Assembly (NCBI GenBank): GCA_963727805.1
Contig: CAVSHF010000003.1
Location: 1,600,001 to 1,664,000, forward strand
DNA: 64,000 bases
Direction of reading: 5' to 3'
Source of the DNA: an uncultured Nitrospiraceae bacterium
Lineage (GTDB): Bacteria; Nitrospirota; Thermodesulfovibrionia; Thermodesulfovibrionales; Dissulfurispiraceae
Positions 20,482-29,784 of the stretch are shown in pieces. A program made the translations under genes and the position numbers. Below the pieces are notes generated by a model that was not told the origin of the DNA, searched no databases, and saw only the letters and a program-made list of their open reading frames with translations. How positions within the stretch are numbered: the first letter of the stretch is position 1; every line of letters starts with the position of its first letter.

Positions 20482-21222
20482 CTAAACTGCCATCTTCCTG
20501 CGGATACCGAGCAGACCCAGGAGGCTCGATCCCATCAGCAGGATTGAGGGCGGAACCGGTGTAGCTGTAATAGGATCCAGCTCGGTATGGCCGTCAGCAT
20601 ACGTCCTGAGGTCAACAGCAACCACTGTTTGAGTAAGGGAGCCCCTACCCGCAGGGGCAGAGGGATAATAGTACAGCACTTGGTCAATATAAGAGGTTCC
20701 GATCTTAGCCTCGATGGTTCCCGTTGTGACAGAGCCAGTCATTGTACCTGTACTGCTCCCAGAGAGATCAGCCTGAGTCCAATAAGAATCAGCATTTGAT
20801 TGTGCCAAAGTAGCGTAGGTAAAAGCGCCAGACGTTACGTTGGTGGCAAGAGCCGCATAGGTAGGAGCTATAGCCTGTGTAGCGTTCAGCATACCAACCT
20901 TAATAGTCCCAGGATTAACAACCTGAGTTGCAGCGCCACTCAAATATAACGGATAGCCAAGAGCAGGCTGTGAAAAATAGGCAACAGAATAGCCACTGAG
21001 GCTGCCAAGTCCTAATACGCTTGAAACATTGTTAGTGAAAACCTGATTGCCCGTATCGGTCGTCCTTGAAATAGCTCCAAGGTCAACTGCATACTCATTC
21101 CCTACGCCGCCGGTCTGATAAAGTACCTCGATAAGGTCACCCGTTGCAAACGCAGCCATCGCCTGTCCGCTGAAAGCAAACATAAGCACGGCTACTGCAA
21201 GAAGCATTATGATTTTTTTCAT
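20482..21222 (-). CDS. PEP-CTERM-type (exosortase substrate) surface protein
   Basis: Signal peptide; Ser/Thr/Gly-rich body; C-terminus TPVPPSILLMGSSLLGLLGIRRK. Confidence 0.85.
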   Translation of the reverse strand: MKKIIMLLAVAVLMFAFSGQAMAAFATGDLIEVLYQTGGVGNEYAVDLGAISRTTDTGNQVFTNNVSSVLGLGSLSGYSVAYFSQPALGYPLYLSGAATQVVNPGTIKVGMLNATQAIAPTYAALATNVTSGAFTYATLAQSNADSYWTQADLSGSSTGTMTGSVTTGTIEAKIGTSYIDQVLYYYPSAPAGRGSLTQTVVAVDLRTYADGHTELDPITATPVPPSILLMGSSLLGLLGIRRKMAV

Positions 21223-21258
21223 TTTGTTCTCCTGAGTTATTGTGGATTATTTCTTACC

Positions 21259-21335
21259 CTCAGGCAACCCGGCCATCCACTCGCATGGATCCGTAGGCTT
21301 TCCGTCATCCGGTCACCCGGACTTTGGCCTTATAC
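21259..21335 (-). ncRNA. Cyclic di-GMP-I (GEMM-I) class riboswitch
   Basis: Minus strand AAGGCCAAAGTCCGG-GTGA-CCGGATGACGGAAAGCCTACGGATCCA...TGGATGGCCGGGTTGCC: GNRA-capped P2, GACG(G)AAAGC junction, GG(T/G)TTGCC end, just upstream of the PEP-CTERM gene. Confidence 0.75.
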
Positions 21336-21431
21336 TGGAGGCTGGATGCCGGCTAACCCGTCATCCTACCTTAATTTGCTCCAATCAAGCGAAACCTGTC
21401 ACCTCCCCTTTTTTTTGTAATTCCCAAGCTT

Positions 21432-21485
21432 AAAAAGCTCTTATATCCGGGCTTTCTGTTACCTTCACAGGTCAGCCAAGTACCC
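21432..21485 (-). ncRNA. Conserved cis-regulatory RNA element, copy 3 (short inner hairpin, degenerate terminator)
   Basis: GGGTACTTGGCTG-ACCT GTGA AGGT-AACAGAAAGCCCGGATATAAGAGCTTTTT. Confidence 0.6.
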
Positions 21486-21488
21486 TAT

Positions 21489-21581
21489 AAAAAAAGCCCG
21501 AATCGATAAGAAAAGACTTCTTTTCTCGATCCGGGCTTTCTGGTGCCGAAGCAAATAAAACTGTCGGTCAGCAAAGGACCC
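21489..21581 (-). ncRNA. Conserved cis-regulatory RNA element, copy 2, with strong intrinsic terminator
   Basis: GGGTCCTTTGCTGACCGA...TCGGCACCAGAAAGCCCGGATCGAGAAAAG-AAGT-CTTTTCTTATCGATTCGGGCTTTTTTT. Confidence 0.7.
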
Positions 21582-21597
21582 TAATGATGCTGCTTCG

Positions 21598-21732
21598 TTA
21601 CTTCCTTAGTATCTCTTCAAACTTCTCAACTCTCTGAATGGCCCCGCCTGCAAAATTAATTTTTATGTATCCAGTGAACTTCTTGTCCATTAGGTCCTTG
21701 ATAATATCCATGATTTTTTGTAACCTCTCCAT
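21598..21732 (-). CDS. 44-aa DUF2292/YezD-like microprotein (below ORF-track cutoff)
   Basis: Manual translation MERLQKIMDIIKDLMDKKFTGYIKINFAGGAIQRVEKFEEILRK*; helix plus beta-hairpin pattern of DUF2292; paralogue at 17928-18185. Confidence 0.75.
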   Translation of the reverse strand: MERLQKIMDIIKDLMDKKFTGYIKINFAGGAIQRVEKFEEILRK

Positions 21733-21799
21733 CGCTTTCCGTTATTCTCTACTCTGGATATTCCGTTGAACCTTCCCGATTTCATCGCTTCTTGCCCAA

Positions 21800-21854
21800 A
21801 TCATAACAGTTGAATGTTACAGCTTGATGACAGTAAAATTACAATCAGGTTAGT
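21800..21854 (-). promoter_or_regulatory. Pho-box-like array and -10 for microprotein/PEP-CTERM/PstS-fold transcript
   Basis: Plus-strand GTTACA 21816, ATGACA 21827, ATTACA 21838, GTTAGT 21849; -10 TATGAT (rc of 21800-21805). Confidence 0.75.
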
Positions 21855-22188
21855 ATTGTTTATCCGTTTTATTTCAGAGACTTGTATCTTCTTAACTTAG
21901 GTACTTAGGTTTGCAATTTAACAATCGAGTGATCCACACAGCTATTGGTATTAAGATAACGTGGGCTAAAGAAATGCCCGAGGGACAATGCTCCGTTTCG
22001 ACAGTAATTGACATGCAATTTTTGCGCTCATTTCGTTGACTAATTTCTCTTAATAGACAGACCAACCGGAAGCGTACGGCGCTTCCGCTATCGTTTTAAC
22101 GTCGCTGTCATTCATTTGTCAATATCCCGTCATCAATTGACCGATATGCTTATAAAAGTCTGTCCCCCTGGCCTCCCCGTCTTTTTTT
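21852..22188 (+). repeat. ~300-bp non-coding direct repeat, copy A
   Basis: Shares blocks such as TTTAACAATCG.GTGATCCACACAGCTATTGG, GAAATGCCCGAGGG, GCTTCCGCTATCGTTTTAACGT and CCGTCATCAATTG with 25414-25763. Confidence 0.85.
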
Positions 22189-22189
22189 T

Positions 22190-22582
22190 ATGTTAAATGC
22201 TGAAGATGTGGAGATAAAAGACTATCTATATGGCTTTTTTGTTACAAGCCTTGAGCTTCCGGCTCATCTTGTCTGGACAAACTACTGGATGCGGGCAGAT
22301 GCACAGAACATGTTTAAGGAACTGAAGGACGATTTCGGTGCTGACAATTTCAATATACAGATTTTCTGCGTCACTGAGCCACTGAAAGGGCAAGGAACTG
22401 CGTCATGATAGCCGATAACCTGATGAGTCTTTCCAGGCAGTCGGTCTTGTGCAATAGCGTATTCTCCAGCCTTTTCGAGGTATGCGCCGACTGCAGTGGT
22501 TTGAAAAACTCCGGTGCAAATCATAAGGATTGTGATCTGCCTGCGTCCTCCCCTTCGCATCGCTAATGACAATTATGGATTA
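22190..22582 (+). pseudogene. IS1380-family transposase C-terminal remnant
   Basis: YGFFVTSLELPAHLVWTNYWMRADAQNMFKELKDDFGAD, then frameshifted MIADNLMSLSRQSVL; decayed. Confidence 0.6.
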
Positions 22583-22711
22583 GAAGAGCGTGAATAATCC
22601 TAGACCGGCCCCTGAAGCTTAAGGAAGCTGGGACCTTCACGACAGCAAGAGTCTCTTAGTCCGCGTGTCCAGGCCATCTCCGACGATGCAGCCTTCGGCT
22701 CGTTTCTGCGT

Positions 22712-24940
22712 TCAGCGTTGGCTCGCGTCCCCATGCACTTCCCAGAGCTGGAAGAAGGGAGACTGGAGGGCGACAGGCGTGAAATAGCGCGGTGGCGCTT
22801 CGTGTCGGAGAAAGAGTATATTAAACACCGATGCGGCGATCTGCTCATCCATTACGGCGCCAAATTGCATAGGTTGCAGTATTTCCAAATGGCTGCCGGG
22901 TGTTCCGTAGCTGCGACGAACAATTTTATCGTTGTCTATGATGAGAAGCTCAGTCACTCTGAAAGCCTTGCCCCGAGCCGTCCCTTCCCCCGACGTAAGG
23001 TTTACTCGCAACCCCTCTTCGGACAGTAGCTCATCGTTCTCCTGCCGGATTCCCTGAAACGACTCGTATGCCGGGTGCCGTCCCTCCTCTGGCCTGCCCT
23101 GCCACGTCCCGGCCCAGTACCACGTATATGCGCTTCGCGTCAGAGAATAATCAAGGAACAGGTATAGGGGTCGGCTTGTCGAGGGATAGAGGTAGTTCAG
23201 CCATTCGTCCGTGGTTCTGAGGTCACCCTCCGGGCTCAACGCTGTCGATGCCAGGATGGTCCTCCCCTTTTCCGGTCCGGCGCCCAGAACTTCCTTGATG
23301 AGTGCGAACCCCTTTTTCCGGTCACCCCCCACGGCCCGGTAGATCCGTTCCATACCGTCCATTCCGTGAGTGGCATAGAACTTCATGAAATTGGCTGATA
23401 GACGGAAGTTGCTCGTGGCCAAGGGGAGCCAAAGATAGACGCTAAGCCCCGGACTCATGATCGCCCCATCCGCTAAGGTGGCTCGGTCCGCCCAGTACAG
23501 GAGCGGATATCCTTGGTCCCAAGACGCCCAAAGGATCGCATCGGCGGGTGTCTTTTCTCCGGCCAACTTCATTCCCGCCGCCACCGCAGGATGCACGCTC
23601 GGGTGGAGTAGTGTCCGAGGAAAGGCAGCATGATAGAGCAGCACTCCGATCAAGACTGTGGCAATCGCTCCTACCGCCTTCCTACCTTTATCCGTAAACT
23701 GGGAGGCGACCACATGAACCAGGTAACCCAAACCGAGAGCCATCATCGGTGTGAGAAAAATGATGAAACGCACGCCGCGGAAATAGGAAGACAATCCAAT
23801 GATAAGCGGAGAGACAAAAATCGATAACTCCTTCGGATACTTTCGGATTAAAAGAACGAGCCCAACAAAAGAAGCCACCAACAGCAACACGTTGCCCGAG
23901 GCAAAATGGGCGAACTCGGTAAACGGTAACCTCTTCATCTCTGAAACATCGAATCCGATTGTAGGGAAGAAATCTTCCCCACTCCCCGAGAATAGAAACC
24001 GGGTATATCCAGCAAGAACTTGAAACCCCGATAGCAGCTGCCGCCCTGCTAGCAAAGCCGCAATTGTGATAATTGATGCGAGTAAGCCGAAAAACACCGC
24101 TGCTTCCCTGCGGTGTGGCCGGTAAAAGAGAGCCAATGCCACACAAAACGGCGGCAAACAGAGAAGAGTGCCGTTGGCAATCGTTTCTCCCCAAGCCCAG
24201 AGGAGGAGCAAATAGGATACCCCCCATCCGGCAAAATCTAGGTACCTTTTCCGGGATTGTATAGTTCCGAAACGGAGGGCAAAGTAACATGCTGACACTG
24301 ATAGCAAAACCTCGAGCCCGTCGGGGCGGAAAAAGGCGAAGTTGGTACGGTAAGTGTAAAAGGGTGCCAACAGAGTCGCTAAAGCGGCCACCAGCCCGGC
24401 TATAGGCCCACCGAATCTCCTTCCTGCAAAATAGACGGGGAAGGCGACAAGGATACCGATCATAGGCGCTAGCAGGGCACCGATCCAAGTATAGGCGGCA
24501 CCGGTAATCTTGGCGACCGCAGCCGAGAGGACAGAGAGTAGTGGTGGAAGCAGGGGCCGCACTACCAAATGGTCTGGCACTCCTCGCTTATCGTCCGTCT
24601 TACCATAAGTTCCGGCGATCAGATCACGACCCAGCCGTAGGTAGTGATATCCATCGCTCTCGAAAAGCATGGGTTGGCCCTGAAAGAAAGTTTGCTGAGG
24701 CTTCGTGCGCCAGACTTGGAGCGTTTCGATGCGGACATAGAAGCCAACGGCGAGCACTAGTGCCAATAAAACCGCTGAAACGCTCCAGATGTGAAAGACA
24801 CCGGGCTTTCCGCTGGTTTCGTTCCATGCCTGATTCTGGTTGGGTCCTGCGGGCGGCTCAGACGCTGCATTGGGGCGCGCACGCGAATGAGAGACTTGAA
24901 GGGGTGGGGCGCCACGCAATCTTTTCTTTCGCGATGCCAT
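22712..24940 (-). CDS. STT3/PglB/AglB-like oligosaccharyltransferase (GT-C fold)
   Basis: ESDGYHYLR, ~13 TM segments, DVSEM, RFIIFL.P, WASWDQGY (WWDxG variant), RATLADG. Confidence 0.8.
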   Translation of the reverse strand: MASRKKRLRGAPPLQVSHSRARPNAASEPPAGPNQNQAWNETSGKPGVFHIWSVSAVLLALVLAVGFYVRIETLQVWRTKPQQTFFQGQPMLFESDGYHYLRLGRDLIAGTYGKTDDKRGVPDHLVVRPLLPPLLSVLSAAVAKITGAAYTWIGALLAPMIGILVAFPVYFAGRRFGGPIAGLVAALATLLAPFYTYRTNFAFFRPDGLEVLLSVSACYFALRFGTIQSRKRYLDFAGWGVSYLLLLWAWGETIANGTLLCLPPFCVALALFYRPHRREAAVFFGLLASIITIAALLAGRQLLSGFQVLAGYTRFLFSGSGEDFFPTIGFDVSEMKRLPFTEFAHFASGNVLLLVASFVGLVLLIRKYPKELSIFVSPLIIGLSSYFRGVRFIIFLTPMMALGLGYLVHVVASQFTDKGRKAVGAIATVLIGVLLYHAAFPRTLLHPSVHPAVAAGMKLAGEKTPADAILWASWDQGYPLLYWADRATLADGAIMSPGLSVYLWLPLATSNFRLSANFMKFYATHGMDGMERIYRAVGGDRKKGFALIKEVLGAGPEKGRTILASTALSPEGDLRTTDEWLNYLYPSTSRPLYLFLDYSLTRSAYTWYWAGTWQGRPEEGRHPAYESFQGIRQENDELLSEEGLRVNLTSGEGTARGKAFRVTELLIIDNDKIVRRSYGTPGSHLEILQPMQFGAVMDEQIAASVFNILFLRHEAPPRYFTPVALQSPFFQLWEVHGDASQR

Positions 24941-25413
24941 CTGAACGCCTTTCAACAGTAATATGCTTTTTTGCGGCTAGCCATAATAACACCTGAATTG
25001 AGCGCGCGTCAATGCAATTTTCAAGATTGTGGGGAAGAACTGGAAACTATCCGCGTAGTGTTTGTCCCGCCCGACCGCCTGATTTCGATCTTTAACAACT
25101 AGCAGTACTGTCTTCGCCACGTAATAGCTTTTCTTCAACATTTATCGTACAAACCACCACTGCTACAACACCTGTGGAATTAAGCAATATCAGTCGTCGA
25201 ATTAAGCAAAACGTGGTAAAATTTTCATAATGTACTCGATCCTGACAGCAGTTATTTAAGCATAACATGTCGTAACACCGCATTTTTTGCGAATAAGTTA
25301 TCGTGATTTTCAGTGCGATATATTTATCTGATTTATACGTCTTTTACTTGCGAATGAATCAGAGAAATTAGGCATAAGTGATATCAAGGATGCTAATCCT
25401 GGCCAAAATCGGC

Positions 25414-25763
25414 AGTATGAGTTATCTGTTTTATTTTTTGAACCTTTAGGTATTTAGGGTTGCTATTTAACAATCGGGTGATCCACACAGCTATTGGAAT
25501 TAAGATAACTCGGGCTGAAGAAATGCCCGAGGGGACGTGCTGTTACGGTCGTAATTGACATACAATTTTTGCGCTCATTACGTTGATTAATTCCTCATTA
25601 GCAGATAGATCATTCGGAAGCGTCCGCTGCTTCCGCTATCGTTTTAACGTTATTGTCATTCATGTGTCATTATTCCGTCATCAATTGGACGCTATGCTTA
25701 TAGAAGTTTGTCCCCCTTCCAAAGGCGGGGAGGCCCACCCCCGGGCTTCCCCGTCTTCTTTTA
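25414..25763 (+). repeat. ~300-bp non-coding direct repeat, copy B
   Basis: Colinear, imperfect match to 21852-22188. Confidence 0.85.
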
Positions 25764-25918
25764 TCACTTCATTCAAACGAAAGACATATTACTGTCAAGC
25801 TAGGTCACACCGCGATATTGCGCACACTGACATCGCCTCAACATTCCAAAACATGTTTGGCTGGCAAACCGATAATCTATTGCTTTTTAAAATCTGTCAT
25901 ATCTGAATCGGCTGGTCA

Positions 25919-28588
25919 TTAATACGTGCTTATTCTTCTATCTCTGATTATTGAAGAACCTTTCTGCATCTTTGCCAAATTCTTAACCTCTGTGGCTATA
26001 GAAGCCAGTTGCGCATATGAATCAATCTTGCCAGCTTCCGTGCTTACAATTCCGATTGAAAGCGACAAAAGATCGAATTTCTCTGTTTCTCCTTTTCTGT
26101 TTTTTGAAGTGTAAGCTCCCTTTTCAAAATCTTCCATCCCATGGAATTCCGGCAAACTTGATGCAAATTTATGGATTATCTTCTCCGATACAGTTACCGA
26201 AATTGATGGGCGGGTCAAAAGTATAAAGTCATCACCTCCGATATGCCCGACGAAGTTAAACCTGTCGTTATCAACGGCACTCATAGCGTCATTGATAATA
26301 CCGGCTAGACATCGGATTACCATATCTCCTTTTTCGAATCCGTAGTGGTCGTTATAAGGCTTGAAATTGTCCAGGTCTATATAGCACGCATCGAATTGCA
26401 TGTTTTGGGACAGCCTCTTTTCAATCTCTTTTTGAATAGACACATTTCCCGGAAGTCCGGTAAGCGGGTTGCAGTTCTTTGCGGTACTGATGCTGCGTTC
26501 CGTCATGGCCTCCAGAAGGTCGCTAACCGCCACCGTTCCGCGATATCGACCATGTGTCGTCACGATAAGATCGTCATATAGAAAAACCGCCTCCCGTGCA
26601 TTGACCCTCTGTGCCACGTGTTCGAGCGAAGCGTTCTCATCGACCAGCAGAAAACGCCGTTCCATCACGGCGCCTATATTCTTGTACGAATTGAGGTACA
26701 TGCCATATCCGAATCTTCCCAGTATCTGCTGCTCAGTGAACCTTGTCCTGTGCAGCATCCCGAGCACGGTGCCTTTTACAACAACAGGCAGGCCCCTGAG
26801 TCCTGTATCTCCCGAGAACCTGCCGACTGCTTTCGCAAATGGATCCGCAGGGTATATGGGATCAACTTTGCGGCAGATGTCGCCGATTACATTGAAATGA
26901 CGACCGGTGTTGTTGTCGCATCTGTTGCAGTTCGTTTTTGAACGGCCGACCGTTGTAAAAAGATTTTCATTGACAGCAAGAGAGGGGGATGGTTTACCCA
27001 GGAGGTATCCCTGCAGCAATTCAAAGCCCATATTAATAACGACATCCAACTCTTCCTGAAGCTCTACACCCAGAGCAATGACTTCGATGCCAATCCTGTG
27101 ACATGCAGTGGCGATGGATTCCAGGAGGTTAAACTTTATGGTACTCCTATCAATGTCGGCTATAAAGTGCCGGTCTATCTTTACAAAATCCGGCTTTAGC
27201 GCAGAGAGTATCTTTAACCCGCCCAGCCCAGCCCCAAAATCATCAATGGCTATTTTGTACCCTTGCGCCCGATAGTGGGCGATCGCATCCTTGAAAAGAG
27301 TGTAATTTTCTACGGCCGTTTCTTCAGACAGTTCAAGAACGATCTTCTCCTTAGGCATCCCCCACTGTTCAGCAATCTCATCTGTGATGCCGACTTTGTA
27401 TTGCGAGCACATCAGCGTCTCCGGGCAAATGTTGATGAACAGGTATGATTGTTTCTCTTTAAGCCCCAGCAATGCCGCTTCACGAATTGCATTGCGCCTG
27501 CAGTGCAGGTCGAGGGATGATATCACGTTAGTCTCTTTGGCCTTTCGGAATAGATCGGCGGTATTGCCGAAAGGATTATTATATCCCGATTGTATACGAC
27601 TAAGTGCCTCGTATCCATACACTGAGCCGTCAGTCGCAGAAAGTATAGGCTGGAAGTAGATAGCAAATGCTTCACTGTCGATTAATTCGTATATTACTTC
27701 TTTGTAAAGATTGAATTCGCTTTGTGCATGGGATTTACTAGAACCTATCTCAAAATTAAAATGATGTATCATAAAGGATGCGTTTGAGTGATGCACAATG
27801 GGAATTGATACGTGAGCACTTTCCTGAGGAGAACATTCCAGATGGCCGTGCTGGTCGAAAACCTGTTCCTACGCGCAAAGTTTTGGAGGCTGTTCTGTGG
27901 ATATTGAATACTGGAGCGCAATGGCACATGTTGCCACAGAGCTTTCCGAATTACAAAACAGTTCATCGTCGTTTTCAGCAGTGGTGTAGAAGCGAAGTGC
28001 TTCGCAATGTCCTGACAAGCCTCGCCAATACGCTGAGAGAGCAAGGAGAAATTGATGAACGAGAAAGATTTATAGATGCCACCTTTGCCTCTGCCAAAGG
28101 CGGTGATGCCGACATTGGCAAAACGAAGCGCGGCAAGGGCGTGAAGATCATGGGAATCGTTGACAGGCATAGACTTCCGCTTGCCGTTTGTACTCATGCG
28201 GCGAATCATCATGAAGTGACATTGGTTCAACTGACGTTTGATTTTTATATGATGGAAGCAAAGCCTGAGAAGCTTATTGGCGACAAGGCCTATGACAGTG
28301 ATGACCTTGACGATGATCTTGGCAAACAAGGAATCGATATGATCGCGCCTCATAAAAGCAACCGAGTGAAAGACCCGACGCAGGACGGAAGAAAACTTCG
28401 TCGATATAAGAGACGCTGGATAGTTGAACGTTTCTGGGCCTGGCTTCAATGGCATCGTCGTCTCCTTGTTCGCTGGGAATACTACCCCGAGAATTTCCTC
28501 GGTCTTGTACAGCTTGCGTCTATATGCATACTACTCAAACGATTTTGAGATAGGTTCTAATATAGTCTTTGATAAATCTAGTCTTCAT
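25919..28588 (-). CDS. EAL-CBS-GGDEF c-di-GMP signalling protein, interrupted near codon 10 by an IS5-family element
   Basis: FQPI, YEAL, IAIDDFGAG, KIDR, LLQGY (EAL); CBS pair; NPLTGLPGN, DLDNFKPYNDHYG, HIGGDDF. Removing the IS restores MKTRFIKDYISKSHAQSEF from ATG 28588. Confidence 0.85.
27741..28557 (+). mobile_element. IS5-family (IS427-like) insertion sequence, intact
   Basis: Perfect 16-bp terminal inverted repeats GAACCTATCTCAAAAT / ATTTTGAGATAGGTTC, flanked by TA on both sides. Confidence 0.93.
27778..28548 (+). CDS. IS5-family DDE transposase
   Basis: LSDAQW, WILNTGAQWHMLP, TVHRRFQQW, IDAT, GDKAYDS, YKRRWIVERFWAWL. Confidence 0.93.
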   Translation: MRLSDAQWELIREHFPEENIPDGRAGRKPVPTRKVLEAVLWILNTGAQWHMLPQSFPNYKTVHRRFQQWCRSEVLRNVLTSLANTLREQGEIDERERFIDATFASAKGGDADIGKTKRGKGVKIMGIVDRHRLPLAVCTHAANHHEVTLVQLTFDFYMMEAKPEKLIGDKAYDSDDLDDDLGKQGIDMIAPHKSNRVKDPTQDGRKLRRYKRRWIVERFWAWLQWHRRLLVRWEYYPENFLGLVQLASICILLKRF

Positions 28589-28866
28589 TGCAGACTTCTC
28601 TTGCGTCTTTTCGCGTTGAGATGACCGTCCCGGAAAGTCTACTAACATGGATGACCCCCAATGAGTTCGCTAATGTCCTGTACATGCCTCAGTTGATATT
28701 GCTAGCTTCTACATTATGGAAGCCGCTTCTGAACAAATGGCTTTGCTTGTTACATGTTCTGAACAAATTTCGTGAATTCCCAGACAATGTTCTCGGTGAA
28801 ACGAAAACATCCCTGCGCAATGTACCTCCCCTAAAAAATGTGTACCGCCAAATTATCCTAATACAA

Positions 28867-28921
28867 ATTAGACCACGCAAACTTTACCTCAGCATGAATA
28901 CCAGATTGCAATATGGTTACA
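28867..28921 (-). promoter_or_regulatory. Possible Pho-box array upstream of the EAL-CBS-GGDEF gene
   Basis: Plus-strand TTTACC 28883, ATGAAT 28894, ATTGCA 28905, GTTACA 28916 (11-bp period, degenerate). Confidence 0.45.
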
Positions 28922-29296
28922 TCACTGCATTTTGTGACGGTCGTCTCAAGTTCGGCGATTGCTACACCTGAATTTTGATTGTTAAAGCTCATGCCTCATG
29001 TCAGAGGCATAAAAAAGTGTATATGCTAAAGAAGTTGTATACGTTGGATTATATAATTAAAACTGCCCGCGGGTCGCGAGGATAGCCGAGGCATGCTGTT
29101 CTTATGAAAGCGTGATCAAGCTGCCAGTATGTCGTTCTTGATAAGAAAACCTTCTTCACACGAATACCATCCGTAATACAGGTGGCGTACATCGAGGCTT
29201 ATTAGGTATTGAAAATAGTAGAAATCGGAAAGTGTGTGTGTGGACAGTCTCATGGGCTTCAGATAATTAATGATTATACTTAGAAGCGATCTCCTT

Positions 29297-29620
29297 TCAG
29301 CCCGCCGTAAGCTTGAGTCCTATGATGCCAACCATTATCAGGCAGATGAAAGTAAGCTGTGAGAGCTTATAGGGTTCTCCAAGAAAGAACATCCCGATCA
29401 GGTTGGTCCCCGCAACGGCAATGCCAACCCATATCGCATATGTCGAACCCGTTGGGAGCTGCCTCAGGGCAAGAGAGAGGAAGAAGGCCGCCCCCAGGCC
29501 GCACAGGGCATAAGACAGGATAAATGGAAACAATTTTGTGAAGCCTTCAGTGCCCTTGAGGCTGTAAATCCAGCCAATCTCAAATGCGCCTGCTATGACA
29601 ATATACATCCACGCCATCAT
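29297..29620 (-). CDS. SMR (small multidrug resistance, SugE/Gdx-like) transporter
   Basis: MAWMYIVIAGAFEIGW (Glu14-equivalent), 4 TM, LPTGSTYAIWVGI, GIIGLKL; GAGGTG RBS. Confidence 0.9.
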   Translation of the reverse strand: MMAWMYIVIAGAFEIGWIYSLKGTEGFTKLFPFILSYALCGLGAAFFLSLALRQLPTGSTYAIWVGIAVAGTNLIGMFFLGEPYKLSQLTFICLIMVGIIGLKLTAG

Positions 29621-29659
29621 TTCACCTCGTTCCATTAATATCGACCAATCCTGACGGAT

Positions 29660-29703
29660 ATTGTATCAGTCATCTGTTACGTATAGATGAAGCTGATATT
29701 ACA
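29660..29703 (-). promoter_or_regulatory. Pho-box-like array and -10 for the SMR gene
   Basis: Minus strand TGTAAT-5-CTTCAT-5-CGTAAC-10-TACAAT. Confidence 0.65.
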
Positions 29704-29784
29704 GTTATATTAATTGTCCTATATTCTAGGCATCTTCTCTTGCACCCTCCTGTTGTCGAGGGACTTGCCATATTTGCCTTATCT

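Noticed and set aside
27769..28455. 228-aa minus-strand ORF
   Set aside because: Antisense shadow of the IS5 transposase, with no recognisable motifs.
28588..28971. 127-aa plus-strand ORF
   Set aside because: No RBS or motifs, and it overlaps the upstream region of the EAL-GGDEF gene.
29620..29720. Guanidine riboswitch before the SugE-like gene
   Set aside because: The predicted leader is only ~35 nt and lacks twin ACGR hairpins or ykkC features.
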